DNA from: a virus
DNA: 64,000 nucleotides
Direction: 5' to 3' (one strand)
Virus record (IMG/VR): IMGVR_UViG_3300045988_075126
Span: 32,001 to 96,000 of that record
Shown: one piece after another, positions 39,701 through 49,580 of the stretch
Layout: the number at the start of each line of letters is the position of its first letter
How positions within the stretch are numbered: the stretch's first letter is position 1
Made by a program: the position numbers and the translations under genes
The notes under the pieces: model-generated
Databases searched by the model: none
Told to the model about the DNA's origin: nothing
Seen by the model: the letters and a program-made list of their open reading frames with translations, nothing else

Positions 39701-42700
39701 ATGGCAGAACTAGAATTTAACCTCCGAGCGAATTTCTCCCAAATCAAGGAAGCCAAGGAAGAGCTTGAAAGATTGCGTGGTGAATTGTTGAAGACTTCGA
39801 GAGCGACAGATAAATCTGTGGTTCAAGACCTCACGGATAAATATGCTGAACAAAAGCGTAAAGTAACCGAATTAAGCGAAGCAATGGGTCGTTATGCTAT
39901 GGTAACGAGCAGCGATTATGCAAAGAAAATGCAATCTTTGACACGGGAAGTATATGCTTTTGAATTGCAAGCCGACTCGTCCAGGCGAAAGATAGAGAAG
40001 CTTTCCAATGAGATAGCGAAGATGGAAAGCAAAATGCGCAGAGGTGGTCTTGATGTAGGAACAAGCGCAATTCTTTCTGATAACATATCATCCGGCTATG
40101 CCTCGTTGAAAGACGAAAAGGCTAGACTGGAGAATCTTACTGGATTAGGCAAGCAAGCGAGACAAGAGTTACAGAATATGCAAACGGAATATGCTAAGTA
40201 TTCGGGTTCTGTGTCTCCTGCTAAGGATATGACCAATCAAATGACAAATGCATTTGCCCAAATGATTGCTGAAATGAAGCAAGCTCCTACAGTCGGTGAA
40301 GGTATTTCCTCATTGTTTGGTCGTTTGAATGGTGACGCAAGACAACTAGCTATGAGTTTAGTTGGTGGTCTGGGCTTTGAACAATTGGCTGAGCACATCT
40401 TTAACGTTCGCTCTCAATTCCAACAATTGGAGATTTCTTTTACAACAATGTTGGGTAGTGAGCAAAAGGCTGGTGCGCTTATGGATGAACTTATCCAAAC
40501 TGCTGCTCGCACACCTTTCAACATGACAGACGTTACTGAAGGCGCAAAACAACTCTTAGCATATGGAATACAAGCCAATGAAGTAAATGACACCTTGGTA
40601 CATTTGGGTGATATAGCTTCTGGCCTTAATATTCCTTTGTCGCAGCTTGTTTATTTGTACGGCACGACCATTTCGCAAGGAAGAATGTTTACAATTGATT
40701 TGCGTCAATTCATGGGTCGAGGCATTCCGATGGCCGAGACCTTGGGGCAAATTATGGGTAAGACCGTATCCCAAGTGCAAGAGGCTGTAACGAAAGGTGA
40801 AGTCGGTGCAGATCTTGTGAAAGAAGCGATTGTGAAGATGTCAAGCGAGGGCAGCAAATTCGGAGGCTTGATGAACAAGCAAGCCGAAACCCTTCAAGGT
40901 CGTTGGTCGAACATAGAAGATACGATAGACCAAGCAATCAACTCTATAGGACAAAAGACACAAGGAATCTTTGGAACAGGTCTTGACTTAATATCTTCTC
41001 TGATAGAGAATTGGGAAACTTTGGTTAAAGTTATTGGTTCAGCGGCTGTTATGGTCGGAACTTACAAAGCTGGCTTGATGGCAGCGGCAAGCATTCAGAA
41101 GGTTCAGAATGCTATGACAATGGCATCAATCACAGAGGAACTTGATTCTAAGTTAGGAGAGGCAAGAGACCAAGAAAACAACTTCCGTTCCTTAAATGGT
41201 AAAGACACCAAGCAGTATCGGGCAAATAGATACAAGGCTTTAGGTGATGCTATTGCCGATACGTCAAACATTGGTGATGATAAGACAGAGGAAATCGTTT
41301 CAAAGCAAATTGAGATGGCGAGGAACGAGGGTCTTATCACCGAGCAGATGGCTCAACAACTCCAAACAAAGCGAGATTTATTGGTTGCCCAGCAAAAGGC
41401 TGCTGATAATGAGCGCATGGAGTATGAGAACGCAAAGCGGACAAAAGAAATAGAAGAGGAAGCCGCACGACAAAAGAGAGCCGATGCGGAAATGGCTGCT
41501 GAAATTAACGCAAAGGCTGCAAAGAAAGCCACTATAGACGAGGCTAATAATACTCCTTTGGGTAAGGCTATTCTTAACACAAATGCTATAGAGGAAAAGA
41601 AAAAACTGGCAGAAGCAAGCATCGAATTTGCCAAAGAAGAGGCAAGGGAACAACATGGAATTGTAGAGGAAATCGGTGCTCAAATCAAGAAGCAAGAAGA
41701 ACTTGTAGCCGCAAAAAAGGAGCAGGTAAAGTCTTCATACCAAGATGTGATTGATTTGGGCGGTTATGATGATGGCTTTGGTGATGATTTGAAATTACGA
41801 GACCAAGCAGTAAATCAATATGTGGCTGAGCAGCAAAAGTTGAACGACCTCAAACAGAAGAGTTACGAGGCTTCTCAAAAGGCATATCTCGCAGACCAAA
41901 AAGTATTGGGTATGCAAGAAGACCTTAAAGGTGTAACCCAAGAGCTTAATCAAGCTATAGAGGAGGAAAACCGAATCTATGGAGAAACTGGCTCTAATGC
42001 GGACGAGATAAACAAGCTGGTGAATGAGGGGGTTGCGGCAAAAGAGGGCGATACGGCTGCGGTTAATGCAAATACTACTGCCAAACAAGGGAATACGACA
42101 TCTGAGAATGCGAACTCTGCGGCACGAAACGCTAATGCCGGAGCTACTACAAGACAAACTGCATCAAATGCAGCAAACACAACCACAGAGAATGTTAATT
42201 CAGCGGCTACCGGAGCGAATACGACTTCTCAAAACGTGAATACAAGTGCGAAGCAACGCAATTCCTTTGTTACAAGCATGATGTCAGTTGGTACAAAGGC
42301 TGCGACCTTGGCTCAATCGGCTTTTTCGTGGGCAACCAATGCGTTGACAACGAGCTTGCGTAGTCTTTGGGCTACTATGGTTTCTAATCCATTGACTTCT
42401 GTCATTACTTTAGTGAGCACAGCTATTTCTGTATTCTCTTTGTTTGGTGACGAAACGGAAGATGTTGCGACCAAGACTGCAAACATGGGGAATAAAGCAT
42501 CTGAGGCAAGTGCTAAGGTTCGTTCCTTGTTTGCTATCTTGGGGGCCGGCAAGGATGCGGAAAACCACAAAGAGACAATAGATGCATTGAAAAGCGCATA
42601 CGAAGAGTATGGCGTAAAGCTCGATGAAACAATTATGAAGTCCGAAAACGAAGCTTCAAAGGTACAAGAGCTGATGAAGCATAAGGAAGATTTGATAGGC

Positions 42701-45700
42701 GTTATCGAAGAGCAAACTATTGCCATGGAACATCAAAATGCCGTACAGCAAGCGTATGACGATTATAATACCAGTAAGAATTCCGCAAAGATGGATTTTC
42801 AGGAGGCAACTAAAGGCGTGCTTACAAGTGATCAAGCTGCGTTTGCCACCATTGCGGTAAAGGATGAAGATTTAGATAAACTTATCGAATTAAGCAAGAA
42901 ATATAAGGAAGTTAGAGACAATTCGGAAGAAATGTACAAACTCAACCAGCAGTATGCTTCTGTCATGGATAAGGTTTCCGAAGGTGTAATGAGATATTAT
43001 AAAAACCTTCATCTTTCTGATGAACAAATAAGAAGTATAACGGGAGCAACAAATGAATACATTTCTACTATTACCCATTCAAAGGAAGCGTTAAATGAGA
43101 GGGTTAAATCTGAGAACAAAGCTAAAGTTGCAGCGGAGAATGCTAGTAAAGAGGTAAGAAAGCTTTCAGATAGTACAAAGGAGAATGCCGAACGTAACAG
43201 GTTGGCGAAAAAGTCATTTAAGGAAATGGCTGTTGAAATGGATGAAATCCGAAAGATTTGTGAAAGAACTTATCATATGAAAATCAAGGTGGACTATGAC
43301 GATAAGTCATTGCCCGCTTGGATTAAGAATATGTCTCAGAGCCAAAGGGCAGGAAGTGCAAGAGCAAGATTGGCATGGTTGAAAACCCATAAGCCGGGAG
43401 ATACAACAAAGAAGTTTGGTGGAACTAATAAGAATTATTGGACTATTTATAATGAAAGCCGAGGGCTTCAATACAAGGGGGAAAAGGTAGAGAGTACACC
43501 AACCGAGACTGAGGCTCAGAGAAAGAAACGTCTCGCTGCTGAAGCTAAGAAAAAACGTGAAGCGGAACGTGCGGCAACTAAGGCAGAGCGTGAAGCAAAT
43601 CAAAAGGAAACGATGGCTGGTAATAAGCGCAAGGCAGAGGAGGACTATGCTAAGTCTATTTCTTCCTATTCGGAGAAAGCCAGTGATGAGTTGTCAAAGC
43701 GAAGAACGGAATTGATTAAGAATGAGACCGAAAAGGAGATTGCTCAAATTAATATGTCTTCAGACAAGGAGAAAAAGGCTATAGAGGATTCGATTGACAA
43801 ACTCGTTGAGGCTAAGAAGAAGAAAGACCAGATTGTTTGGGTAAATTCGGGAAAAGGTCGTAAAGCCAGCATGTGGAAACAGGGTAAGTCCGATGCGGAA
43901 TACCGCAAAGAGGTATTGGGCACACAAATGGTTGACGACAAGGGTAATCATCTTGGGAAGACCATTGGACAGAACTCTGAAGACCAAATTGCCTTGATTG
44001 AGAAACAGAGGCAATTAAAGCTGAAGGAAATCCAGCAAGCGGAGATAAAGGACATGTTGGATTTCATGAAGCAATACGGCAGCTTAGAACAACAACGTTA
44101 TGCTATTGTAAAAGAATACACGGACAAGATAGACCTTGCAAGAGAAAAGGGAGATACTTTTGGTGCAGCGAACGCTGAAATGGAGATGAACGACCAGTTG
44201 AAGAAGTTGAATTTTTCGGATTTCAAGGATTCTATCAATTGGGATGTTGTCTTTCAGGATATGAACCGATTGAGTATTCCTTATCTTGAAGACCTTCGCA
44301 AGAAGATGAAGGAGTTGCTTGGTTCGGGTACGTTGGAAATTGATGACATGAAAACCGTATCTGACCAAATCTACAAGATTGATGATGCGATTTCCGAGCA
44401 GAAGGATAGATGGGGATTGGTTAATGATGCAGTCCGTGAACACCGTAGGCTTATTGATGAGGCGAAGGATGCGCAAGACCGATTGGCACAAGCTAGAAAG
44501 GTGGAGTTTGATGCCAAGGCTGACAACATGAGCCAAAGGAGAAAAATCCAAGGTGTGTTTGCGGAAAGTGGGATTAATATAGATACCAGTAATATTACTT
44601 CTGCCAATAAGGACAGACTAATGGGTTCTACCAAAAATCTCAGTGTAAGCCAAACGGAGAAGTTACGTAAGCTTTTTGATGATTTGGCGGTTTCAGAGGT
44701 TAAGGTTGGAAAGGCAACAAAGGAAGTCGGAAAGGCGCAGGAAGAAGCCAAGGTAAAGCAGGATGCCGCAAAGAAGAGCTTGCACGATACTATCGAGGAA
44801 TGGGCTGAGGGTTTGAGTAAAATCCAAGAGAAACTAAAAGACCTTCCTGGGTTAGTCGATGCTTTGGGTCTCGGAAACACAGGCTTTGGTAAAGCTGTGA
44901 ATAACGGAATGGATGCATTGAACAGTGGAACACAAGCCTTTTCTGATTTTGCAAGCGGAAACTACATAGGCGCAGCTATGAATGGAATAAAAACCATTGG
45001 TTCGTTGGGCAAGATGTTCGGTATTGGTGGAGGTAATGGTGCAGAAGTTGCGAAGAAAACTGAAGAGCTGACCGAGAGCAATGACAGATTGATGTATTCC
45101 ATTGATAAGTTAAAAGAGTCTATTGACAAATCTTCCGGTTATACAGCCGTCAGCAACTATAATGCTGCTTACGATGCTCAAAAGCAGGTTAACACCCAAA
45201 CGATGGATATTCTCAAAACACAAATGGGGTATCATGGTGCACACCATTCAAATGCTTATTATTGGAATCTTTCTGCACAAGATTATGCGGCAATCAATAA
45301 GACTTTGGCACAGCAATCGGCAGTCAGAGGCGGTTATACCAATTCTTCGATAAACAAGGTTAATTCCTTGGAGGATATATACAAGCTCACTCCAGAGCAG
45401 ATGGCTGACATTCGTACACATAATGCGGATGTATGGAAGAACATGACCGACCAAGGCAAGTATGATAAGACGGAATATTGGGAGCAATATACAGAACTGG
45501 CGGGAAAACTAGAGGAGTTGACGGAGCAAATCAATGAGAATTTGACTCAAACAACCTTTGATTCGATGAAGAGTGACTTCATAAACAATCTTATGGATAT
45601 GAGCAAGTCTGCAAAGGATTTTTCTAATGACTTCACTACAATGCTCAGCCAGTCGATGCTCAACTTCGCTTTGGGAGACCTTATGAATAAAAAGCTTAAG

Positions 45701-46234
45701 CCTCTTTATGAGAGCTGGGCAAACAAGATGAAGGAGAATGGAGGAAGGCAGCTCACGCCAACCGAATTGAATAATCTTAAAGAAGAGTATGATAAGATAG
45801 TTCAAGAGGGTTTGGCTATTCGTGATAATATTGCTGATATTACGGGTTACAAGCAATCTTACGAGCAGTCCGCTTCTTCCGGTTCTTTTGAATCAATGAG
45901 CCAAGATACAGGAGAAGAGTTGAATGGTCGTTTCACAGCGGTACAAATTGCTACAGAGGGAACGTATGAGGAAACAAAGCTCATAAATACCAAGTTGGAT
46001 GCTATTGCGGCTCGTGATGGTGGCACAGAGGGTAGCTTATTAACGGCTAGCGTGAATACCATTATGGGTAATGTAGGTAATATATGGGTTGCCGTTGATG
46101 AGGGAAGAACCATTCTTGCACAAAGCTTGATGTACTTGCAGTCGATAGATGAGCGACAAGAAAGCTGGAATAAGCATATTTTACTGATGAGCCGTAATCT
46201 TGACACTATCAAAAACAAGGTGGATAGGTTGTAA
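39701..46234 (+). CDS. tape-measure-like giant protein (2177 aa)
   Basis: Contains the TMP core pattern TTMLGSEQKAGALMDELIQTAARTPFNMTDVTEGAKQLLAYGI...LVHLGDIASGL...LVYLYGTTISQGRM. Long coiled coils. An N/T/A/S-rich repeat region (nt ~42058-42260) is followed by hydrophobic segments. Confidence 0.8.
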   Translation: MAELEFNLRANFSQIKEAKEELERLRGELLKTSRATDKSVVQDLTDKYAEQKRKVTELSEAMGRYAMVTSSDYAKKMQSLTREVYAFELQADSSRRKIEKLSNEIAKMESKMRRGGLDVGTSAILSDNISSGYASLKDEKARLENLTGLGKQARQELQNMQTEYAKYSGSVSPAKDMTNQMTNAFAQMIAEMKQAPTVGEGISSLFGRLNGDARQLAMSLVGGLGFEQLAEHIFNVRSQFQQLEISFTTMLGSEQKAGALMDELIQTAARTPFNMTDVTEGAKQLLAYGIQANEVNDTLVHLGDIASGLNIPLSQLVYLYGTTISQGRMFTIDLRQFMGRGIPMAETLGQIMGKTVSQVQEAVTKGEVGADLVKEAIVKMSSEGSKFGGLMNKQAETLQGRWSNIEDTIDQAINSIGQKTQGIFGTGLDLISSLIENWETLVKVIGSAAVMVGTYKAGLMAAASIQKVQNAMTMASITEELDSKLGEARDQENNFRSLNGKDTKQYRANRYKALGDAIADTSNIGDDKTEEIVSKQIEMARNEGLITEQMAQQLQTKRDLLVAQQKAADNERMEYENAKRTKEIEEEAARQKRADAEMAAEINAKAAKKATIDEANNTPLGKAILNTNAIEEKKKLAEASIEFAKEEAREQHGIVEEIGAQIKKQEELVAAKKEQVKSSYQDVIDLGGYDDGFGDDLKLRDQAVNQYVAEQQKLNDLKQKSYEASQKAYLADQKVLGMQEDLKGVTQELNQAIEEENRIYGETGSNADEINKLVNEGVAAKEGDTAAVNANTTAKQGNTTSENANSAARNANAGATTRQTASNAANTTTENVNSAATGANTTSQNVNTSAKQRNSFVTSMMSVGTKAATLAQSAFSWATNALTTSLRSLWATMVSNPLTSVITLVSTAISVFSLFGDETEDVATKTANMGNKASEASAKVRSLFAILGAGKDAENHKETIDALKSAYEEYGVKLDETIMKSENEASKVQELMKHKEDLIGVIEEQTIAMEHQNAVQQAYDDYNTSKNSAKMDFQEATKGVLTSDQAAFATIAVKDEDLDKLIELSKKYKEVRDNSEEMYKLNQQYASVMDKVSEGVMRYYKNLHLSDEQIRSITGATNEYISTITHSKEALNERVKSENKAKVAAENASKEVRKLSDSTKENAERNRLAKKSFKEMAVEMDEIRKICERTYHMKIKVDYDDKSLPAWIKNMSQSQRAGSARARLAWLKTHKPGDTTKKFGGTNKNYWTIYNESRGLQYKGEKVESTPTETEAQRKKRLAAEAKKKREAERAATKAEREANQKETMAGNKRKAEEDYAKSISSYSEKASDELSKRRTELIKNETEKEIAQINMSSDKEKKAIEDSIDKLVEAKKKKDQIVWVNSGKGRKASMWKQGKSDAEYRKEVLGTQMVDDKGNHLGKTIGQNSEDQIALIEKQRQLKLKEIQQAEIKDMLDFMKQYGSLEQQRYAIVKEYTDKIDLAREKGDTFGAANAEMEMNDQLKKLNFSDFKDSINWDVVFQDMNRLSIPYLEDLRKKMKELLGSGTLEIDDMKTVSDQIYKIDDAISEQKDRWGLVNDAVREHRRLIDEAKDAQDRLAQARKVEFDAKADNMSQRRKIQGVFAESGINIDTSNITSANKDRLMGSTKNLSVSQTEKLRKLFDDLAVSEVKVGKATKEVGKAQEEAKVKQDAAKKSLHDTIEEWAEGLSKIQEKLKDLPGLVDALGLGNTGFGKAVNNGMDALNSGTQAFSDFASGNYIGAAMNGIKTIGSLGKMFGIGGGNGAEVAKKTEELTESNDRLMYSIDKLKESIDKSSGYTAVSNYNAAYDAQKQVNTQTMDILKTQMGYHGAHHSNAYYWNLSAQDYAAINKTLAQQSAVRGGYTNSSINKVNSLEDIYKLTPEQMADIRTHNADVWKNMTDQGKYDKTEYWEQYTELAGKLEELTEQINENLTQTTFDSMKSDFINNLMDMSKSAKDFSNDFTTMLSQSMLNFALGDLMNKKLKPLYESWANKMKENGGRQLTPTELNNLKEEYDKIVQEGLAIRDNIADITGYKQSYEQSASSGSFESMSQDTGEELNGRFTAVQIATEGTYEETKLINTKLDAIAARDGGTEGSLLTASVNTIMGNVGNIWVAVDEGRTILAQSLMYLQSIDERQESWNKHILLMSRNLDTIKNKVDRL

Positions 46235-46239
46235 TACAA

Positions 46240-46299
46240 AAGGTGTGGAGAAATGCAACTAAGCGCAGGTATGCGTCCAGATGCAAGTCTTCACACCTT
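46240..46299 (-). terminator. hairpin; U-run is on the minus strand
   Basis: AAGGTGTG(46240-47)/CACACCTT(46292-99). On the minus strand it is followed by TTTTGTATT; on the + strand no U-run follows. Confidence 0.4.
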
Positions 46300-46536
46300 G
46301 AAAGTAGCCGAGGGAAAAATTTCCCCGAGGGTTCATTTCCTAAATTTGTGAAATGAAGAAGTAAGAAGATGCTCGCTTGATAAAATTATCAAATGAGGGG
46401 TTAAGCATCATTTACCCCCATTGAAAGCAAATGGTAAGGTTTTTCACAAAGTTGTGAAAAATGGATGCAGGGCAAATCTCTATAAAATGTATTCATAGTA
46501 AGGGTATCAAATTTACCAAAAAGTGGTAAAAATAGG

Positions 46537-46544
46537 CAAAGATA
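46537..46544 (-). promoter_or_regulatory. possible -7 box (TATCTTTG, minus strand) facing the TMP 3' end
   Basis: Reverse complement of CAAAGATA. No -33 element and no downstream ORF over 31 codons. Confidence 0.3.
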
Positions 46545-46867
46545 CAAAAATCCTATTAGTCTATATTATTTATCAGTAAGTATGGGTGTCGCAAATCACG
46601 ACACCTCATTTGGCTATATGAATGTAGGTTTTAGACAAAATTGGCAAAAACCTAAGAGTCCAGTAAAAACAGGAGTGACCTAATAGGAACTTTTCCCCCA
46701 TTTGGGTGAAAACCATCGGGCTTGTTTTCTAGCTTGTTGAATGATTGGTGTTGTCTTCAAAGGTTCAATAGGACAGAATATCCGTCCTATTTATCCTTTG
46801 AAATGCAACCACAAATCACATTTGGATTGTGGAACGAACGCAAATCTGCTTTGGTTGCATCCTACAT

Positions 46868-47449
46868 TTATGGATTCTCTATTAAACTTTTTCTATCTAT
46901 TGGTGGAACAAAAACTTTCTTTTCTTCCTTTTCTTCACCAATTGCAAGAATATAATGCTTAGGATATGTTAGGCAATGAAACGTTACACGTTTTCTTCCA
47001 TAATCCCATTCTGCCTTAACCACAAACTTATCATTCCTAAAGAAAAAGCTATTATTCTGGGTGAGTATGAAATCCTCCTTTAACTTCTTCTTAATAACAT
47101 TGGTATTGATTTCTGTCAGCTCATATTTACTAGGTGATATAGGAACATAAAGCATCTTCTTGGAATCTACATTCTTGTCATCTTCATATATAGCATCCTG
47201 CATCATTAAAAAGAAACTTCTATCAATACGCCCTACATACCTATCCATCACGGCATAACCTATAGTTCCATAGACATTTGCCAACGTTACGGTATCACCA
47301 TCCATTTCAGATACATCATGTGTCTCTATATACTGCCCAAATGTCTGAAATCCTTTCTTGGGAACTACAGGCATCGCCTTGATATATTCTTGTGCCTTAG
47401 ATGGCAATGCAAGCATTATTATTACGGCAACTAACAAATCTTTCTTCAT
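46868..47449 (-). CDS. secreted protein
   Basis: MKKDLLVAVIIMLALPSKAQE: signal peptide. 193 aa. Confidence 0.65.
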   Translation of the reverse strand: MKKDLLVAVIIMLALPSKAQEYIKAMPVVPKKGFQTFGQYIETHDVSEMDGDTVTLANVYGTIGYAVMDRYVGRIDRSFFLMMQDAIYEDDKNVDSKKMLYVPISPSKYELTEINTNVIKKKLKEDFILTQNNSFFFRNDKFVVKAEWDYGRKRVTFHCLTYPKHYILAIGEEKEEKKVFVPPIDRKSLIENP

Positions 47450-47492
47450 AATCTAATTGTTTTAATTATCAATACTTGAGAGGAACGCTCAC

Positions 47493-48068
47493 CTAATTAC
47501 TTTCCAGCTTGTCAAGCAAAGCCCTAGCCTCAGCGATGGACGATGCGGAATACAACTCACCACCTTGTTTTATTAGGGCGATGAAATTATTGGCATGCCT
47601 ATCCTCTACAAAACGAACAGTTCTGTTTTCCTCTAACAAAGAAGACAAACTGACTCCTAACTTCTCGCTTGCAGCTTTTAGCTCATTGTACTTTAATTTT
47701 TTGTCACTAACATAATCCGTATTAAGAGGTGGTCGCAAGATTCTTATAAAGTCATCTTCATAAGCAGCATCGTTGCTCTCATTTAATGCGTATATACCAA
47801 ACGAATTATATTTGTTAAATGCCTTTTGAACAAGAGGCAAACAATGATATTTACCTTTCATTCCCCAATAATGTTGTTGTACACGTTTTCTTAGATTAGA
47901 TGACACACCAACATAAAAGGAATACCCAGAACCAAAAACTATTAAATATACACCATAATGCTTTGTACGATTTGGCTCATAAGGCATTAGTAACGTAAAT
48001 TTACCATTTTGGTAATCAGCTAACTTACGGAAGCCCGATAACATTATATTTATTTCCATAAGAGTCAA
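47493..48068 (-). CDS. GIY-YIG homing endonuclease
   Basis: YGVYLIVFGSGYSFYVGVSSNLRKRVQQHYW...: GIY..YVG..R..H signature. 191 aa. Confidence 0.75.
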   Translation of the reverse strand: MTLMEINIMLSGFRKLADYQNGKFTLLMPYEPNRTKHYGVYLIVFGSGYSFYVGVSSNLRKRVQQHYWGMKGKYHCLPLVQKAFNKYNSFGIYALNESNDAAYEDDFIRILRPPLNTDYVSDKKLKYNELKAASEKLGVSLSSLLEENRTVRFVEDRHANNFIALIKQGGELYSASSIAEARALLDKLESN

Positions 48069-48337
48069 TGCACTTTTAAATTGATTTCTACATTCATAGG
48101 CTTACCACAATGAGGGCAGACTAAAGAAGTGCCCTGCTGGTCGTTTTCGAAGAACGAACAAATACTTATCTGCATAGCATCTGCAAGCCTTTGAAGTGTT
48201 TCAACTGTAGGGTTGGCACTATTCACTATTCGAGACATAGAAGACTGTTTTACCTCACGCCCCTCTATCTCCTGCATTTTGGCTCTTAATGATTCCAGAG
48301 TCCATCCATTATCTTTTATCGTTTTCTTTATATTCAT
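48065..48337 (-). CDS. XRE-type HTH protein with C-terminal zinc ribbon
   Basis: Start moved to MNIKKTIK (48337), because the -7 box lies at 48372-48379 inside the track ORF. HTH-like core and CPHCGKP ribbon. Confidence 0.6.
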   Translation of the reverse strand: MNIKKTIKDNGWTLESLRAKMQEIEGREVKQSSMSRIVNSANPTVETLQRLADAMQISICSFFENDQQGTSLVCPHCGKPMNVEINLKVH

Positions 48338-48371
48338 ATATACATTACTTATATGTGTTATTAATTTGGTG

Positions 48372-48379
48372 CAAAGATA
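48372..48379 (-). promoter_or_regulatory. Bacteroidota-type -7 box (TATCTTTG, minus strand)
   Basis: Reverse complement of CAAAGATA, 34 nt upstream of ATG 48337. Confidence 0.45.
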
Positions 48380-48511
48380 CAAAAAGTTATTGAAACAACA
48401 AAGAAAATAAGCAAAAATATGATTTTAAAGTGTTTTTTTTGTGAATATATATGAATTTCAAGCGTTATTTGTTAAGAAACATCAAAATATCGCATAAAAG
48501 TGATATTTTAT

Positions 48512-48624
48512 TTTGTTATATCACATAAAAGCGTTATCTTTGCATCGTGATTAAGAAACAAAGGTCACAATAACATTATTAATTTAGTTGAGGTTGCACC
48601 TCCGAGTCGGCACTCGTAAAACGG
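48512..48624 (+). promoter_or_regulatory. promoter (TTTG -33, TATCTTTG -7 at 48535-48542) plus variant leader hairpin (48602-48624)
   Basis: TTTG-19 nt-TATCTTTGCATCGTGATTAAGAAACAAAGGT...CCGAGTCGGCACTCGTAAAACGG, 9 nt before ATG 48634. Confidence 0.6.
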
Positions 48625-48633
48625 TATAGCAAT

Positions 48634-48816
48634 ATGACTACTTCAATGATAAGAAGAAACTTGATTCAGAAGTTCGTTATGATAGAGTTCGTAAGCAACA
48701 GGATAAACACCCAAAAGGACGTTGATAGAATGTTGAATATGATAACAATAAAGCTCAATATGAACAACGATGAGGCTAAGAGCTTCTTGCGTGAGAGCAT
48801 CGGACTTGCAAAGTAA
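48634..48816 (+). CDS. hypothetical protein
   Basis: ORF track, 60 aa. Confidence 0.5.
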   Translation: MTTSMIRRNLIQKFVMIEFVSNRINTQKDVDRMLNMITIKLNMNNDEAKSFLRESIGLAK

Positions 48817-48850
48817 GTAATTTAAGTTTAACGTTTAAAATTGAAAGATT

Positions 48851-49186
48851 ATGGCTACTACATTTAAGAATATGATGAGAGAAGTGATGAATATGGCACA
48901 CAGAGCCTTTCAGCTTAAAGGTGCTTATATGAGTTGGGCAGAATGCTTGAAGCAAGCTTGGCAGGTTATCAAGCTGAAGGCTCGCATGAAGAAGCAGGTC
49001 GTTGAGTTCTATTTTCAGAAAATGAATGGTGAGATTCGTCAGGCTTTCGGCACTTTGATGGAGAGTCATATTGACTACACTCCAAACGGCAAGGGTTACG
49101 CTTGCAAGGACTGCACAAAGTATTGGGATGAAGTTAAGGGCGAGTGGAGACAATTCAAGAACTACAACTTGATTAGAGTTGCTTAA
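48851..49186 (+). CDS. hypothetical protein (paralog of 34565-34903)
   Basis: 111 aa, collinear similarity to 34565-34903. Confidence 0.7.
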   Translation: MATTFKNMMREVMNMAHRAFQLKGAYMSWAECLKQAWQVIKLKARMKKQVVEFYFQKMNGEIRQAFGTLMESHIDYTPNGKGYACKDCTKYWDEVKGEWRQFKNYNLIRVA

Positions 49187-49219
49187 CAAGGTTATTAAGG
49201 ATTTAAAAAGAAACTAGAT

Positions 49220-49519
49220 ATGAGTGCAAAGATTATCGTGATGCAAGGCAACATGGTTGCAACCATCGAAGAGACGAACAAGGACGCATTTATCAAGCGT
49301 GGAGAGTATAAAGAGACCGAGCTGGACAAACGCAAGCGTGAGGTCGATTTCCTGATTACAAGCATCGCAAACCGCTACGAAGTGACATTCAATCACAAGG
49401 TAGAGCTGAAGGAAAGCCGAAGCATCAAGAAAAGCGAGTATTTCGATAACATCTACTACGTTACCGAGAATGCATTGAATAAGCTGAAAAAGCAATACTC
49501 ATACGAGTGTGATTTGTAA
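49220..49519 (+). CDS. hypothetical protein
   Basis: ORF track, 99 aa. Confidence 0.55.
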   Translation: MSAKIIVMQGNMVATIEETNKDAFIKRGEYKETELDKRKREVDFLITSIANRYEVTFNHKVELKESRSIKKSEYFDNIYYVTENALNKLKKQYSYECDL

Positions 49520-49526
49520 TAGATTT

Positions 49527-49547
49527 CGTGAGGCACACGCTAAACTG
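49527..49547 (+). promoter_or_regulatory. leader hairpin motif copy (CGTG variant)
   Basis: CGTGAGGCACACGCTAAACTG, 33 nt before ATG 49581. Confidence 0.5.
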
Positions 49548-49580
49548 CACCGGACTTTGAACATTAAATATTTAAGAGAT

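Noticed and set aside
39897-46239. About 20 antisense or out-of-frame ORFs of 60-170 aa inside the tape-measure gene (e.g. 44084-44551, 44371-44880, 42313-42726).
   Set aside because: They all lie within one long, motif-supported 2177-aa frame. Their products are low-complexity (S/L/F/C-rich) mirror translations of a K/E/A-rich coiled-coil gene.
46722-46962. + strand ORFs 46722-46955 and 46741-46962.
   Set aside because: They overlap the 3' end and terminator hairpins of the minus-strand secreted-protein gene. They have non-ATG or weak starts and no motifs.
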